Part shown: piece after piece, positions 12,523-25,268 of the stretch | How the letters are laid out: each line of letters begins with the position of its first letter | Numbering within the stretch: the first letter of the stretch is position 1 | Assembly: GCA_964252035.1 (NCBI GenBank) | Contig: OZ176207.1 | Direction: 5' to 3' (one strand) | Length of the DNA: 64,000 bases | Origin: Podarcis erhardii | Lineage: Eukaryota | The notes under the pieces: generated by a model | Database searches by the model: none | What the model was told of the DNA's origin: nothing | What the model saw: the letters and a program-made list of their open reading frames with translations, nothing else | Made by a program: the position numbers and the translations under genes

Positions 12523-13179
12523 CTGTATTTTTTGCCCTATAGGACGCACTTTTCCCCCTCCAAAAATGAAGGGGAAATCTGTGTGCGTCCTATGGGGCAA
12601 ATGCAGGCTTTCGCTGAGGCTTAGAGAGCGAGAGGGGTAGGTGCGCACCGACCCCTCTCGCTCTCCAGGCTTCAGGCAGCTATCAGCAAGCCTGGGGAGC
12701 CCGCGGGAGTTCCCGCAGGGCTCCCTAGGCTGCGGGATAGCATCCTGCTTCCCGGAGCGCGGGGCGCGCTGAAGCAGAGTGCCCCGTGCTTCGGGAAGAC
12801 ATCCGCAGCCTAGGGAGCCCTGCAGGAGTTCCCGCAGGGCTCCCTAGGCTGCGAATGGCAGCCTGCTTCCCGGAGCGTGGGGCGTGCTGAAAGCAGAGCG
12901 CCCAGCGCTTCGGGAAGACATCCGCAGCCTAGGGAGCCCTGCGGGAGCCCTGCGTGGAGCGCTGAAGCAGAGCTTTGGGCAGACATCGGGCAGCCCCACA
13001 AGCTCGGGGGACAGCGGGGAGGCGGAGCGCCGCCATCCCGCTGTTCCCCGACCTGGTTTGGATTCCCCGACCTGGTTTTTGGGGGGAAATAAAGGAAATT
13101 TCCCCCCTTTATTTCCCCCCCCCCAAAAAAACTAGGTGCATCCTATGGGCCAGTGCGTCCTATGGGATGAAAAATACGG
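12523..13179. mobile_element. TcMar-Tc2-like non-autonomous DNA transposon (657 bp) with a GC-rich hairpin core
   Basis: TA flanks at 12521-12522 and 13180-13181; about 27-bp TIRs CYGTATTTTTYRYCCYATAGGACGCAC. Same family as 19616-20076. Confidence 0.88.
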
Positions 13180-13312
13180 TAGCTGAAACTGGCAAGCTGA
13201 ATGGCAAGTCAGAGGAGGGAAATCAGGGTGTGTACATCCTTCCACATGTTTTACCTGGTATTTTGAAACATGACAGCCAAACATGAAGCAACTAGTTTTG
13301 AAAGTAGTTCGC

Positions 13313-13761
13313 TGTCATGGACTGGCTGGATGCAGAGGAGTGATGGGAGGCACCACCTGGAAAACCCCCCAGGGGAAAAGGCTCAGAGCCAGGGGACTGA
13401 TGGTGGGATGAAGATGAATGGTCAAAAGGAGCAGAGGGGGAGGGGGGAGGTGTTGGGTGTTGAAGAGGTAACAGGGTTTAGTGAGCAAGAAAAGACTGTG
13501 GCAGAGAGCAGTCCAGAATCAGAGTCAGAAACGGGGGGGGGGGGCAGTGTGGAGGCAGGCTGCTGAGGAAGCAAGGGAGTCTCCCCCTCCTGCTGTAACC
13601 TGGTTTCCCAGAACACACAGAGAAATGAAGAGGGGACAAGAACTACTGGGAAGAGATGCTGTGATCACTAGTCCTGTTTTGGTTCCTTTGAATAAAGAGT
13701 TACCTTCTCTCACACTGGGTGTTTTATTGCTGACCTATCCTTGACTCTCTGGCTTCCGACA
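13313..13761 (+). mobile_element. Solo LTR (449 bp), probably Gypsy-like; superfamily not determined
   Basis: TGTCA...CGACA termini, 5-bp TSD TTCGC (13308-13312) / TTCAC (13762-13766), AATAAA at 13691-13696 near the 3' end, purine-rich U3-like body. Confidence 0.75.
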
Positions 13762-13837
13762 TTCACTTTCAGTTATTGAGACTGGGTGGGGTGGAAGAAT
13801 GGAATAGGGGTTTTAGGATAATATACCTTATAATATA

Positions 13838-14189
13838 GGGACGCAGGTGGCACTATGGGTTAAACCACAGAGCCTAGGGCTTGCCGATCAGAAGGTCGGC
13901 GGTTCGAATCCCCACGATGGGGTGAGCTCCCGTTGCTCAGTCCCTGCTCCTGCCCACCTAGCAGTTTGAAAGCACGTCAAAGTGCAAGTAGATAAATAGG
14001 TACCGCTCCGGTGGGAAGGTAAATGGCGTTTCTGTGCGCTGTTCTGGTTTGCCAGAAGCGGCTTAGTCATGCTGGCCACATGACCCGGAAGCTGTACGCC
14101 GGCTCCCTTGGCCAGGAAAGTGAGATGAGCACCACAACCCCAGAGTCATCCGCGACTGGACCTAACGGTCAGGGGTCCCTTTACCTTTG
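13838..14189 (+). mobile_element. Full-length Sauria SINE
   Basis: GGGACGCAGGTGGCACTATGGG 5' end (A-box-like), perfect B box GGTTCGAATCC at 13901-13911, Sauria core, ACCTTT-type tail, and TSD CCTTATAATATA at 13826-13837 and 14190-14201. Confidence 0.95.
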
Positions 14190-17100
14190 CCTTATAATAT
14201 AGGACTAAAATCAAATCTTCACATTTTGTTTTGTTGTGTGTTTTAATTCTAGGTAAACTAGATCTTTCTAGGTTCTAGTTTACAGCAGACTATTGCCATT
14301 ATCATGTAACTAAACATGATTCTGTATAAAACCTAAACAGAGGTACTTCCTTTTTTAAGTGGAAGTAAGATTATGAGAAGTCTATTTATAAAGTTTATAA
14401 AGAGAAATAACCTCAATTGCTCTGTAAATTCTAACTTGCTTGTTAGTTAATCAAACTGACTGCCATTAAACCAAATAAGTTTGCCTTTTGGTATGAGATA
14501 GATGAATTCCTGTGCCTTTGATGTTTCACTAGTAGTGAGCTAGTAGTGATGCAATAAAGCTACTGGACCACTGAATTCCTAAATAAATAAATCCTTTTGA
14601 TAGAAAAGATCAAGTAAATATTGGGAACTGGAAGCAGTCTAAGTCTCTCTGGAGAAAAGTCTGTGGTATTCAGATGACCATAGCCCCAAGCTAAATTATT
14701 TGATCGTTCAGATCTGTATGCATTACAGATCATTCAGATCCTGAAAACAGGGTTTTTTGTTTTTGTTTTTAAGAACCTCAAAGATCCTCTGTTGAATAAT
14801 GTTAAGGGCTGATTCTTGAGATATTATGAACAGATTTCTTTAATGTAAATGTCTGGCCAGTTGTGAACTTGGTATTAAGTGACCTCATGCAGATAAGTGT
14901 GTTTTGGCGTGTTGTTGAACTTGGGTCCTGAATCAGGCTGATTTCGGCTGACTAAAAGCTTCCTGGTATGCCAACACCGCAGGTTTGCGGGTGTTGTTCT
15001 GAGTTTGCCTAACAATGAATATCACAACACACTTCTAAGAGCCAAGTAGTAATTTATTAAATAGCCCAAAAATGAAAATCATAAGATAAGGACAGCTGGA
15101 TTGAATGAGATGGCTGCAACTATCAAGACATACAGTTGCCAGCAGCTGTAAATCTTACTGATATTTTTCATGAAAACTGGGAGTGGGGGAGTTAACCAAG
15201 TCAATGAATGTTGACTGTGTTATTAGGTAGGTTCTCGTACTCTTGAGGGATTACACGATATATAAGGTAAAGTAAAAACAGCACTCAAATGAAACTGTAA
15301 GCTTTATTGGTGCAAAGGGGTTTGACTCATTAATATTATATATACAGATGTTCCATTTTTTCTACATTATATATTTGTACCAGTAAAAATTCATAGAGGT
15401 GTGTTAATGAAACATACCTCCATGTGCATTAAATAGTGGGATGTGACATTATTTTAAGTGATTGTATATTATAAAAAGCTCTGTAGCAGGATTAACGTTG
15501 TTAAATTGACATGATATTATAAGACCATGGAAGATGATAAATTATGAACTTTCCATTATGCCTTAATGCATACTGTAAGAATTACAAGGTAATGGCTATT
15601 GGTTGTATCAAGTTGGCCCATAGGCCTGAGTCCCATATATTTTAAAAAATAATAATTCTGTGGTCAGCTTCCATCTTCTCAATTTCATATCCTCCTAATT
15701 TCAAAATGGTTAAAAATCAGATAGGAGTTTAAAGGTAGGCATGCCCTGAAAGATGGCTACATAATAACACCTGAGAATCCAGTTCCAGGATATACTGAAG
15801 AAGCATAGGAGCTGCAAGGTGGTACATTTCCATCTACTCAAGATCTAAATGTGCTTGTTTACTGTATCTTGAGCCCCCCAATCATTATTTAAAAAAAATT
15901 ATGTTTTACTTGCTGCACTGAGATTAGACCCCAATTCTGTTTCTAATGCAAATTCAGGAATTGTTCCCTTGCATTGGAATTGGGATCTCTACTCCTTGGC
16001 AAAAGACAACTGTACAGTGATGAGCGTGTTGGACATAGTTATAGAAAATGCTGGTTTAGATCTGCACTTAGAAGTGCACTCCTAACACACAACAAGCTTG
16101 GTGGAGCAGCCCAGCCACTGTCCTGCTGCTCACACTGGCCAAGGTGAAAGGTGGTGGGCATGAAAAAATCCCCTTCACCATTTTTGTTTTGGCCCAGCAA
16201 AGAAACCCAAATTAGGCCCATTGCTATCACGTTACAGCAGCAGGACTTGCTCAGGATCTGGTGAACCCTGTTATGACCTAGACCCACACCCCCAACAGCA
16301 CCCCATTTTGAGTGTTTCCTTTGGCTGCCAAAAGAAAGGAATACCTACCCACTTGCTCCTGCCAAAAGCAAGCTCCTACCCACTTGCTCCTGGTCAGTGG
16401 AGCATCCCTACTCATGGCAAAGCTGGTCAGGCAGGGCTGATTGGAGGAACAAATCTGCTCTGTCCAAACCCATTCTAACACAGTGGATTAGGGGTATGAA
16501 TTGTTCTCTTAGCTAAGATGACCCTTGGTGGGCTAAGCAGCTGAGCTTAGTCTACCTCACACACAAAAAAGAAAAGTTGCTCTGAGATATTTGAAAGGAG
16601 AGCAGAATACAAAAAATAAGAAAGAAATTATATCTGACTGCAGTTCCATTTTGATTCCTTCTGATTATTAGATTAGACTTGTCTAGTATTCAGATTTACT
16701 TCAGCACAGTGATATTTCACTATTTAGTCTGTATTTGCTGTTTTTGTCATTTTTAAGACAGTCGCTCAACCTTACTTGAACATTTTTATTGTATGTGAAT
16801 AATAGAGTATGCATTGGGGTTCAATAGGTGCAATGCTGTTAAATGTGTGTCTTGGAAGATTTAAAAATGAGGGATTTATTTTGTCATTCATAAAGTTGTA
16901 ATACAGTCTAGAGAAACTATTTGTTAAAAGATAGCATCTACTTAACCTGCTTATTTATTTCTTGTAGTAGAAGGTTAGATCCACAATAAATACACAAGGA
17001 AATAAGTAGATAGGGGAATTTATCTTAGAAATAAGATCCCTGCCATGCTTTTGAAATGTGAAATGCATGAAGACCTGTCATAGAGATATACGGACATGAT

Positions 17101-17341
17101 ATTTTTTTACGGTGCATTTGGAAGTATTTAGCTATATTTGTCATTTTCTAGTGCCACCAAGCAATGATCAAGTGATATAGTAATTTGAAAGTCTGTTTTC
17201 AATTCAGTATGTGTGCACGCACAAGCACATCTGCACACACACATACACACATCATTCTTGATCCTTTTATCTTCCTCCAACCCTTGTGTATGAAAATGGT
17301 TTTATTGGGAAATTTAGCAATTGTTTAATGTAAGTGTAAAT

Positions 17342-17346
<5 letters not shown>

Positions 17347-17397
<51 letters not shown>
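17347..17397. repeat. (TA)25 microsatellite
   Basis: Seen directly in the sequence. Confidence 0.98.
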
Positions 17398-17401
<4 letters not shown>

Positions 17402-19054
17402 AATATAGTCAGATTGCATTATGCAAATGATGTGAATTGTTTGTTAATGCTTGTAAAGCAAACTGGAGAGCTGTACCAAACCTCTGTAGATATTTTTGTA
17501 AAACAGCAACAACAACCTACAAACTAAATACAGGTTTGTTCTTCTGACTATATTAACATAATAGGATGCTTTTATGTGCTTTTACTTAATAGCGTCATTG
17601 AAGTCCACAAAACCTGAGTTGTCTTTTTTTGAGACAGACTTTATTCATTTGAACCTGTGAGTTCATAACCTTGATAGCCTGTGCTTTCTGCAGAGTGTTT
17701 ACCACCTGGGTTCAGGTTTCTGTTCCTTGTTGGATCCATATTAGATTAGATTCAGACAAGACATTAAGAAGTAGCACTGATGTTCTGTTACACTACCTAT
17801 ATTAGGGGTGGGGAATACCCCTCTCTATCTGGTCTTCAGAACTCTTCCAGTTACACCAGCCCTACTCCACTGGCTTGGATGGAGGATAGATAACGATGTC
17901 TGTATGTAAAACTGGTCTACTGTAAAAGTTAAAATTTATGTTTGCTGCTCCACCCACTTTAGCCTATGGCCCCACCCAACACTGGGATGTGGCCCCTGGA
18001 AAGTTGCCCAGAAGAAATGTGATCCTTAGTATGCCTGTTCCAATGTATACTATGCCCTAACTTATGGTGGCATCTGTATATGGTAGGAGGGAGTAAACCC
18101 TCTTAAACAGTGTAGTGTGTTTGAGGTCAAGGGGCGTCTTCCAGACACATTATCTGATCTTTCTTACATTCAAGCCTTTTGAATTCTAAGCTTATGTCAC
18201 AAAGCAGAATAAGAAAAATAATAAAAGAAAGGTGTTTTTTACAGCATGATGTTCTAGCCTTGCCAACCTTCTAGTTCCGTAAATGAACCCCAGAAATAAG
18301 TTTTCAGGAGCTGCCATGTTACAGTAGGTAATAGTAAAAGACAGTGGTTGACCCAAGGTCACCCAGTGAGCTTTATGTTAACTGGGGCTTTGAAACCTGG
18401 TCTCCCAGGTTCTGTTCCAGAACTATTAATAACTGCACCAAATTGGCGTTCTCTAATACTAATAATAGACTAGTGGGATCTAATAGTAATCTGGGAAGAC
18501 CAGAGTGAAAAGAAAGGTTTTTAGCATATGCCAGAAACATAATCTTGTAGTGGTCTGACATATTTCGACACGGAGGGATTTATAAAGAGGACAGGTGCCA
18601 CCACATTAAAGGCTCTGTTCTATGCAGAAGTAATATTATATTAGATGATTCAGTTTTCAAGATGTGGCTTCAGAGGAAGATTCTATGAGTTAACAGCCAA
18701 TCCTTCCTTTTAAGCTTGAATTCAAGTGCCAAATTCAAGCTGCAGCTGTTCTTATCCATAGCCTCACTTTTCAGAGAAGTGGGGTCAGTGTCAACTGGGA
18801 ATGTAACTATTCCAAACATGGCCTGAGCATGAGAAAACTCCCTCTCTGTAGTTGGAATATTCAGCACTGTTGATGTTTTGGGGAAGAGTTGTTTGTTTTT
18901 TTAAATCCACCTCTTTGCTATTGCAAACTGTAAACATTTAAACTGGGATGGGGATGAGGAACCTCAGGCCTGGAGACCAAATGTGACCATGCAGGCCTCC
19001 ATCCGGCCCTTTGAATCCTCACAAGGGCCATATTCGCACTTCATTTAAAGACTA

Positions 19055-19290
19055 TGATATCTTTCCATGAAGAATTCTGACAGCTGTAGCCTTTGAAGAG
19101 TGCTGAGGACACCTCTACTCCCCTCACAGAACTAACACTGTCAGAGTGGTTTTAACAGTCAAACTCTTCACAGGGAACTCTGGAAATTGTAGCTCTCTAA
19201 GAGGAATAGGAGCCTCCTAACAAGTCTCAGCACCCTTCACAAACTGTAGTCCCCAGAATTCGTTGGAGGGAACCGCAACTGTTTAAATGT
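19055..19290. mobile_element. Degraded foldback-type non-autonomous DNA element
   Basis: Imperfect internal inverted repeats (GAAGAGTGCTGAG...CTCAGCACCCTTC). A partial relative appears at about 8180-8300. Confidence 0.5.
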
Positions 19291-19304
19291 TCTTCTCCAG
19301 GGAA

Positions 19305-19514
19305 GTTCTCCTGGCGCCTTCATTATACACCATTAGGTGCCAAGCAAAAACATTCCTTTTTAACCAGGCCTTTGGTTGATCTTATTGACATCCAACACCC
19401 TTTTAGAATGTGCCTTTGGGGGGGGGTGTATTGTTTTTGGTTTGATTTTCTATGTTGTGGTTTTGTTTGGGAACTGCCCTGAGACCTCCAGGAATAGGGT
19501 GGTGTATAAGTTGA

Positions 19515-19550
<36 letters not shown>
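19305..19550 (+). mobile_element. L2-type LINE 3' end with (AAT)12 tail (19515-19550)
   Basis: CCTTTTTAACCAGGCCTTTGG...GGAACTGCCCTGAGACCTCCAGGAATAGGGTGGTGTATAAG followed by the AAT tail. Confidence 0.75.
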
Positions 19551-19554
<4 letters not shown>

Positions 19555-19615
19555 TTAAGCTATTTAACGTTTTTGTTTTTAGCCAGCTTTTCATATTTAA
19601 CTGTGGAAATAAGTA

Positions 19616-20076
19616 CCATATTTTTCGCCCCTATAGGACGCACCGTTTCATAAGGCGCACCTAGTTTTTTGGGGGGGAAATAAAGGGGGGAAAAAATTTC
19701 CCCTAGGCGCGGGGCTGGGGCGGGGGAGGCCCGCCCGAGCTTCCCCAACCCCAGCCCCCAAACAGGCAGCTCTCTGCAAGCTGTGGGAGCCCAGGGCTGG
19801 CTCCCACTGCTTGCGGAGAGGTCCGCGAAGCCTGGACGCGCTGATCTCAGCGGGCGCAGGCTTCGGCATGCAGGCACCTCTCCGCAAGCGGCGGGAGCGC
19901 TCCCGCTGCTTGCAGAGAGGTCTGCGAAGCCTGGAGAGCGAGAGGGGTCTGTGCGCACCGACCCCTCTCGCTCTCCAGGCTTCAGCAAAAGCCTGCATTC
20001 GCCCCATAGGACGCACACACATTTCCCCTTCATTTTTTGAGGGGAAAAAGTGCGTCCTATAGGGCGAAAAATACGG
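19616..20076. mobile_element. TcMar-Tc2-like non-autonomous DNA transposon (461 bp), inverted relative to 12523-13179
   Basis: TA flanks at 19614-19615 and 20077-20078; TIRs CCRTATTTTTCGCCC(C)TATAGGACGCAC; 58-bp palindrome at 19926-19983. Confidence 0.9.
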
Positions 20077-20309
20077 TACTTCAAGTTAAGCAGTGCAAAA
20101 AAAAATTTTCAATGAATGATAAATCTTTTGAAGATAGGGGTTTTTTTTGTTCCCTCCACCCCCTGTCTTCTTAACCCATGTGGGGTTTTTTTAGTTTTGT
20201 TGTTGTTGTTGTTGTTTACTACGGTAACAGTGTTATTACAAGTAGTATTTCACCTCCACACTGCAGTAGCAGCAGCATGGCACAGAGCGGTGTGATTGTC
20301 TGAGTAGTT

Positions 20310-20553
20310 NNNNNNNNNNNNNNNNNNNNNNNNNNNNNNNNNNNNNNNNNNNNNNNNNNNNNNNNNNNNNNNNNNNNNNNNNNNNNNNNNNNNNNNNNNN
20401 NNNNNNNNNNNNNNNNNNNNNNNNNNNNNNNNNNNNNNNNNNNNNNNNNNNNNNNNNNNNNNNNNNNNNNNNNNNNNNNNNNNNNNNNNNNNNNNNNNNN
20501 NNNNNNNNNNNNNNNNNNNNNNNNNNNNNNNNNNNNNNNNNNNNNNNNNNNNN
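20310..20553. other. N-run (244 bp), ending 133 bp upstream of exon A
   Basis: Seen directly in the sequence. Confidence 0.99.
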
Positions 20554-20686
20554 CATGAAAGTCTCTGCGTTTACCACACTTTGAGTTAAAAAACATGCTT
20601 CTTTTGTCAGTTTTGGGGTTTGCGTGTGTGTGTATAAAGTTAACACCTGGTTTTCTTTTTCTCCCCCCCCCTTTTTTTTTACACAG

Positions 20687-20853
20687 GAAATTTACATGTC
20701 CCTTATGTGACAGAAGTTTTACAGAGAAGTGGGCATTGAACAATCACATGAAACTCCACACAGGAGAAAAGCCATACAAGTGCTCATGGCCTACATGCCA
20801 TTATTCCTTCCTGACAGTATCGGCCATGAAAGACCACTATAGGACTCACACAG
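20687..20853 (+). CDS. ZNF407: Zinc finger protein 407, internal coding exon A (167 bp, phase 2 to phase 1); two C2H2 fingers
   Basis: Polypyrimidine tract plus ACACAG acceptor (AG 20685-20686) and CAG|GTTTGG donor. Translates (R)KFTCPLCDRSFTEKWALNNHMKLHTGEKPYKCSWPTCHYSFLTVSAMKDHYRTHT(G), which I recognise as vertebrate ZNF407. Confidence 0.96.
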
Positions 20854-22467
20854 GTTTGGCTCATGCTTTTCTTAACCTGATGCGGGCACAAGGAAATGAA
20901 GGGGTGATGGTAGAGGACTTGTTGCATTAGATTTTGTGCCTAGCAAGTAAAATGGCTGCATTTAAGAAAGGCTCTAACTCTGAAACAAATCCTTCTGTTT
21001 GCAACATCAGTTTTCTGTTCTGTGGTGATAGATGTTAGCATCACAGGTGATGCTGACATTAAATTGTTTTGGTACATTTATTATAAGCCACATAGAACAA
21101 TTGTGAGCTTGCGCACAAAATGTAGTTAAGCAAACAAAAAGTCCATGGTTGTGTGTGGCTTCAGAGATCCACCTGCTGCTTTTTATCGTATGAGAACTTC
21201 TAAATTTATCCTTTAATGTGAAAATGATCTAGGTGAACAATAGCAACAACCCACAGTTTATTGCTGCTCCAGGAAGGGTTTTGTGCTCATTTTTAACATT
21301 CTTCAAATTTGCTTTCATGTTCTTTCCTTAATGAAGGAAGCTTCCTGCATATGTTTTTAATGTGATCACAATATCATAACTGATAATGTGGTTGGAATTA
21401 ATCAATATTTCAAATTTACTGAAGGCAATATGAAAAAAATGAAACAGATTCAAGCTTCTGGAAGTGAAAAGTAAAGTTTCACATCACCCGACTATGTTGA
21501 CTCAAAAAATCATGTTTCCTACTGATTTTTCTCAGTGGAATCATGCTTTGGCATAAATGTGTGTCAGATCTTAGAAAGAGGGCACCATATAAACAAGTGT
21601 AGTTTTTGGAGCTATAGTAATGGCAGAAATTGCTGGAAAGCATATCCCCGTACTATTGGTTCATATAATTCATTTATTCATAGGATAACTTTTGGCCTTT
21701 GGCGGAAAGGCAGGATAAATATATTATTTGACTGACTGATTAAATAAATGAGCAAGAAAGCAAGTTGAGGAAAATTTACAGGAAGGAGGAAATGGCTACA
21801 AATATCCATGAGAACCAAGCCTAACTGAAGTATTGATATTTGATACCAAGCAGTTTCCAGCAGTACTGAGGAACAGCAATAATTTTGAAGGTGCATTGGC
21901 CACAGTTTAAATTCACACTGCATAAAATACCAGTTTTATTTAACACACAGTGAAAAGCTTTCTACAGCTGGAGGAAAACAGTGTTAATACCTGTACTTTT
22001 TGAGTTAAAAGTTGATGCAAGTGAAGCTTATTAGAACAAAGATTGCTGTGAAGGACTAGAAAGCTTTTAATAATCAGCTGTTAACTACAAATAACATTAT
22101 TATAGAAACTCTTCACATGCAGCCTGGTTCTTTAAGAATAATATTAAACTGTAGCATAGATTGTAACATCATGGGATGCGAATTAAAACTGCCGAAAAGT
22201 GAGATTACTTTTTAGCTCCTTAGCAAAACAGTATATGTAAGTCTTGGTTAAAAATGTAAGAGATGTTCTTGTAAAAATGTAAAAAAAACAATCTGGAAAT
22301 CAAAATTCTGTAGGCATTTCTTAGAAAGATGAAACAGTGTTCCATTAAATTAAAAAATATATATATTCCTGAAAAGATCCTCCCCCCAGTTTTGCGAAAA
22401 TGAAATGAGTTGTTGCTAGAAATTATAGGTTAAAAGTTCTTCCAAGGCAGTTTGTAGGAAACCCAGG

Positions 22468-22791
22468 NNNNNNNNNNNNNNNNNNNNNNNNNNNNNNNNN
22501 NNNNNNNNNNNNNNNNNNNNNNNNNNNNNNNNNNNNNNNNNNNNNNNNNNNNNNNNNNNNNNNNNNNNNNNNNNNNNNNNNNNNNNNNNNNNNNNNNNNN
22601 NNNNNNNNNNNNNNNNNNNNNNNNNNNNNNNNNNNNNNNNNNNNNNNNNNNNNNNNNNNNNNNNNNNNNNNNNNNNNNNNNNNNNNNNNNNNNNNNNNNN
22701 NNNNNNNNNNNNNNNNNNNNNNNNNNNNNNNNNNNNNNNNNNNNNNNNNNNNNNNNNNNNNNNNNNNNNNNNNNNNNNNNNNNNNNNNNNN
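22468..22791. other. N-run (324 bp)
   Basis: Seen directly in the sequence. Confidence 0.99.
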
Positions 22792-23869
22792 TTTCTATTA
22801 CATTCCTGTTATCATATAAACATGGCACGTTAGATCAGCCCTCTGTACCTGAAGTGATATATTGCCCCTTAGATCCTTCTCAAAGTTTAAAGGTTGTAAC
22901 TTCTGGATGAAGAATGAATTGTAAAATTGTTTAATGTAAGACTGAAATACCGAAATCATGTTCACAGTTACATGTCTTCCAGCATACCTAACTATGTGCG
23001 GGATTGCACCTAATCATTGTTCAGCCAATCTACATGTCTGCACTCAAACGAAACAAAAACCTAATACATGGAAAACTGAAGTGTGAAGGATATAGGATGT
23101 GATAAACTCACTGCAACTATAAAATATGTCCCATTCCCAAAGTTACTTCTGTTCTTGTATGCCTAGAAGACAGTCCTAAATAAAGGCAATATGTTTTACA
23201 AGATTTATGTCGTTTTAAAAAGTCATTCTCCATTATTCAATAAAGATAATTCCCACTGACTACTGTGGGAATACAGGATTTGGTGGTATATAAAGAATTC
23301 AGTGGGTACTATAATAAGTCCAATTTTACATAGTAAGCATGTAGTGTTTTTGCATAGTTGGTACCAAGTAGTACATATGTACTTGACAGCATGATATAAA
23401 GTGCTGTTTGTGTCCTTCATAACCATAAAAACCTGCAGGCTTTAATGACATTCAGGTCTCCCCTGAAAGGTAAAATGCCATACAGTACATGAATGTGATA
23501 TGGCACAAGAGTGTTTGGATTAAGGCCAGTGTGTATTGACAAGGAAAATTGCCCTAAATACCTGGTTGCTATGGGTTGCTTCTAGATTTATGGCAAGAAT
23601 ACTTATTTTTCTATTGCTAATGACTGTGTTGATGTTGCTCCATAACACACCAGTTTTACTGAGCCATACAAAATCACTTATAAGGTGTCCTTTTCTCAGA
23701 TAAATCATATAATGTGGGAGTATATGTTACCGAATATTCATTTGAACTGTTTGGAACCTTTCCATTGCTAGAAAGTTTCACATAGATGTATAGCTTGCCT
23801 CTTCAAGTTCACTGCATTGTCAATCTTTTGTTTGTTTTTTAGCATAACAGCAGTTTAGGCTAGTTAGAC

Positions 23870-24006
23870 GGGGCTGGGGAAATTTAGAATCTACAGATGT
23901 TACTGGACTAAAGCACTCATTATTCCTAACCATTGGCCATGCTGACTCAGGCTGGTGGGAACTGGAATCTAATAACATATGGAAGGTCAAAGTTTCTGCA
24001 GCCCTG
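23870..24006. mobile_element. Degraded hAT-like MITE (family of 10723-10859)
   Basis: GGGGCTGGGGAAATT...CAGATGTTACTGGACTA...GGAACTGGAATCTAATAACATATGGAAGG...GCAGCCCTG hairpin remnant. Confidence 0.6.
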
Positions 24007-25268
24007 ATCTATGTGATATGTGTCAGTTTTGCCCAACTGATGGTACACCTGCATCAGCACAACCAGATACCTTCATCTGTCCCAGCTGCAACAAAGCATG
24101 CCTCCTCCTTATTAGTGTCTACAGCCACAGCAGGCGCTGTAACTCTCCAACACTTTAACTTCACCCCCAAATACACATTCTTCCAGTGTCTCCGAAGGCA
24201 GGCTGTTGCCAGCAATTCAATGATTAGAGCTAGGTAAAGTGAGAGGGTAGCATTTGCCAGGCCTGGGGACAGGAAGGTCAGTGTAGTGGTGGCAGCATAA
24301 TACTATTTCTTAGCTGCCAGGGTGTCTAAGTCTAATCCTGGCTGCATTATTCCATACCTCTTCAAGGTTTACATCGACTAATGAAGATTGCTGGTAGGGA
24401 GTCAGAAAATTAAAGCTGTTGCACAGAAGGCAGACACTCATAAGGAACAGGAAGACAAATGTAAAACTAATAGTGACGGGAAAACAGGCCTCTAAACTTA
24501 TATGGAGTTACATATATTGTAATTCCACTTCCTTGTGAGCTGGAAGTATAAAAGGGATGTTGCCATTTATTTGAAATAGTTTCCCAGATTCTTTAATTCC
24601 CTTCCATTGGTACCAGGGTGGGAGGGTACAGTTTTTTCTCCAAATGAGCCAAATGACTCATTTGTGTGTTAAAGCTGTGTTATGATTTCTCTGGCTCTCT
24701 CCAAGGTTAGTATTATTATTCTGTAATACCCTTCTTGGTTGGTCTTGTGGGATGAATCTGCTTCACATGCCTGGGCTTTACTGACTAAAAATGCTATTGT
24801 GAAATGATATACTGCATTTATAAACTGCAGAAGGCAAATTTTTATCTGGAATAAAAATACTTTATAAGTGTACATTTATACACTTTTAACAATTACCAAC
24901 CCTGCCAAATCTATATTTTAATGGGTTCAGAGGCTTAGAATAAAGACATGTCGTTAAATATGAACAATGCAAGTACTACTTCAATTTCTGAAGTAATTCC
25001 CAGACTTGTTTTTCTTCATTATGAAAGTTTTAGAAACATAAACAGCACTGAGCTCCTATTGGTACAGAATAGCAGAGCTTTTTAAATTGTTGCCTATTTT
25101 CTTTTCTGGAAAATAATTTAATTTCCATAATTTACTGGGAGATTCTTGAGGAGCACTGTGATCAAGTCAGTAAAAATTTGCTCAACATCTTTATTTTGTG
25201 GGTAAATCCAATATATTTTTATTTAAGCAGAACCATATATATACTGTATATTAACTTTTCTAGGCAGT

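Noticed and set aside
12810-13286. Overlapping GC-rich ORFs here and at 19560-20084
   Set aside because: They arise from the GC-rich repeated cores of non-autonomous MITEs and show no transposase motifs.
13838-13920. tRNA-like A/B boxes
   Set aside because: They form the head of a Sauria SINE, not a tRNA gene; the same applies to the Squam3 head at 34769.
16269-16480. TGTTA...TAACA-bounded 212-bp segment with an 18-bp internal direct repeat
   Set aside because: No TSD, no poly(A) signal and no relative in the window; cannot be supported as an LTR.
20595-20930. 111-aa ORF as a standalone gene
   Set aside because: It is ZNF407 exon A plus open intronic flanks; its N-terminus is a translated polypyrimidine tract.
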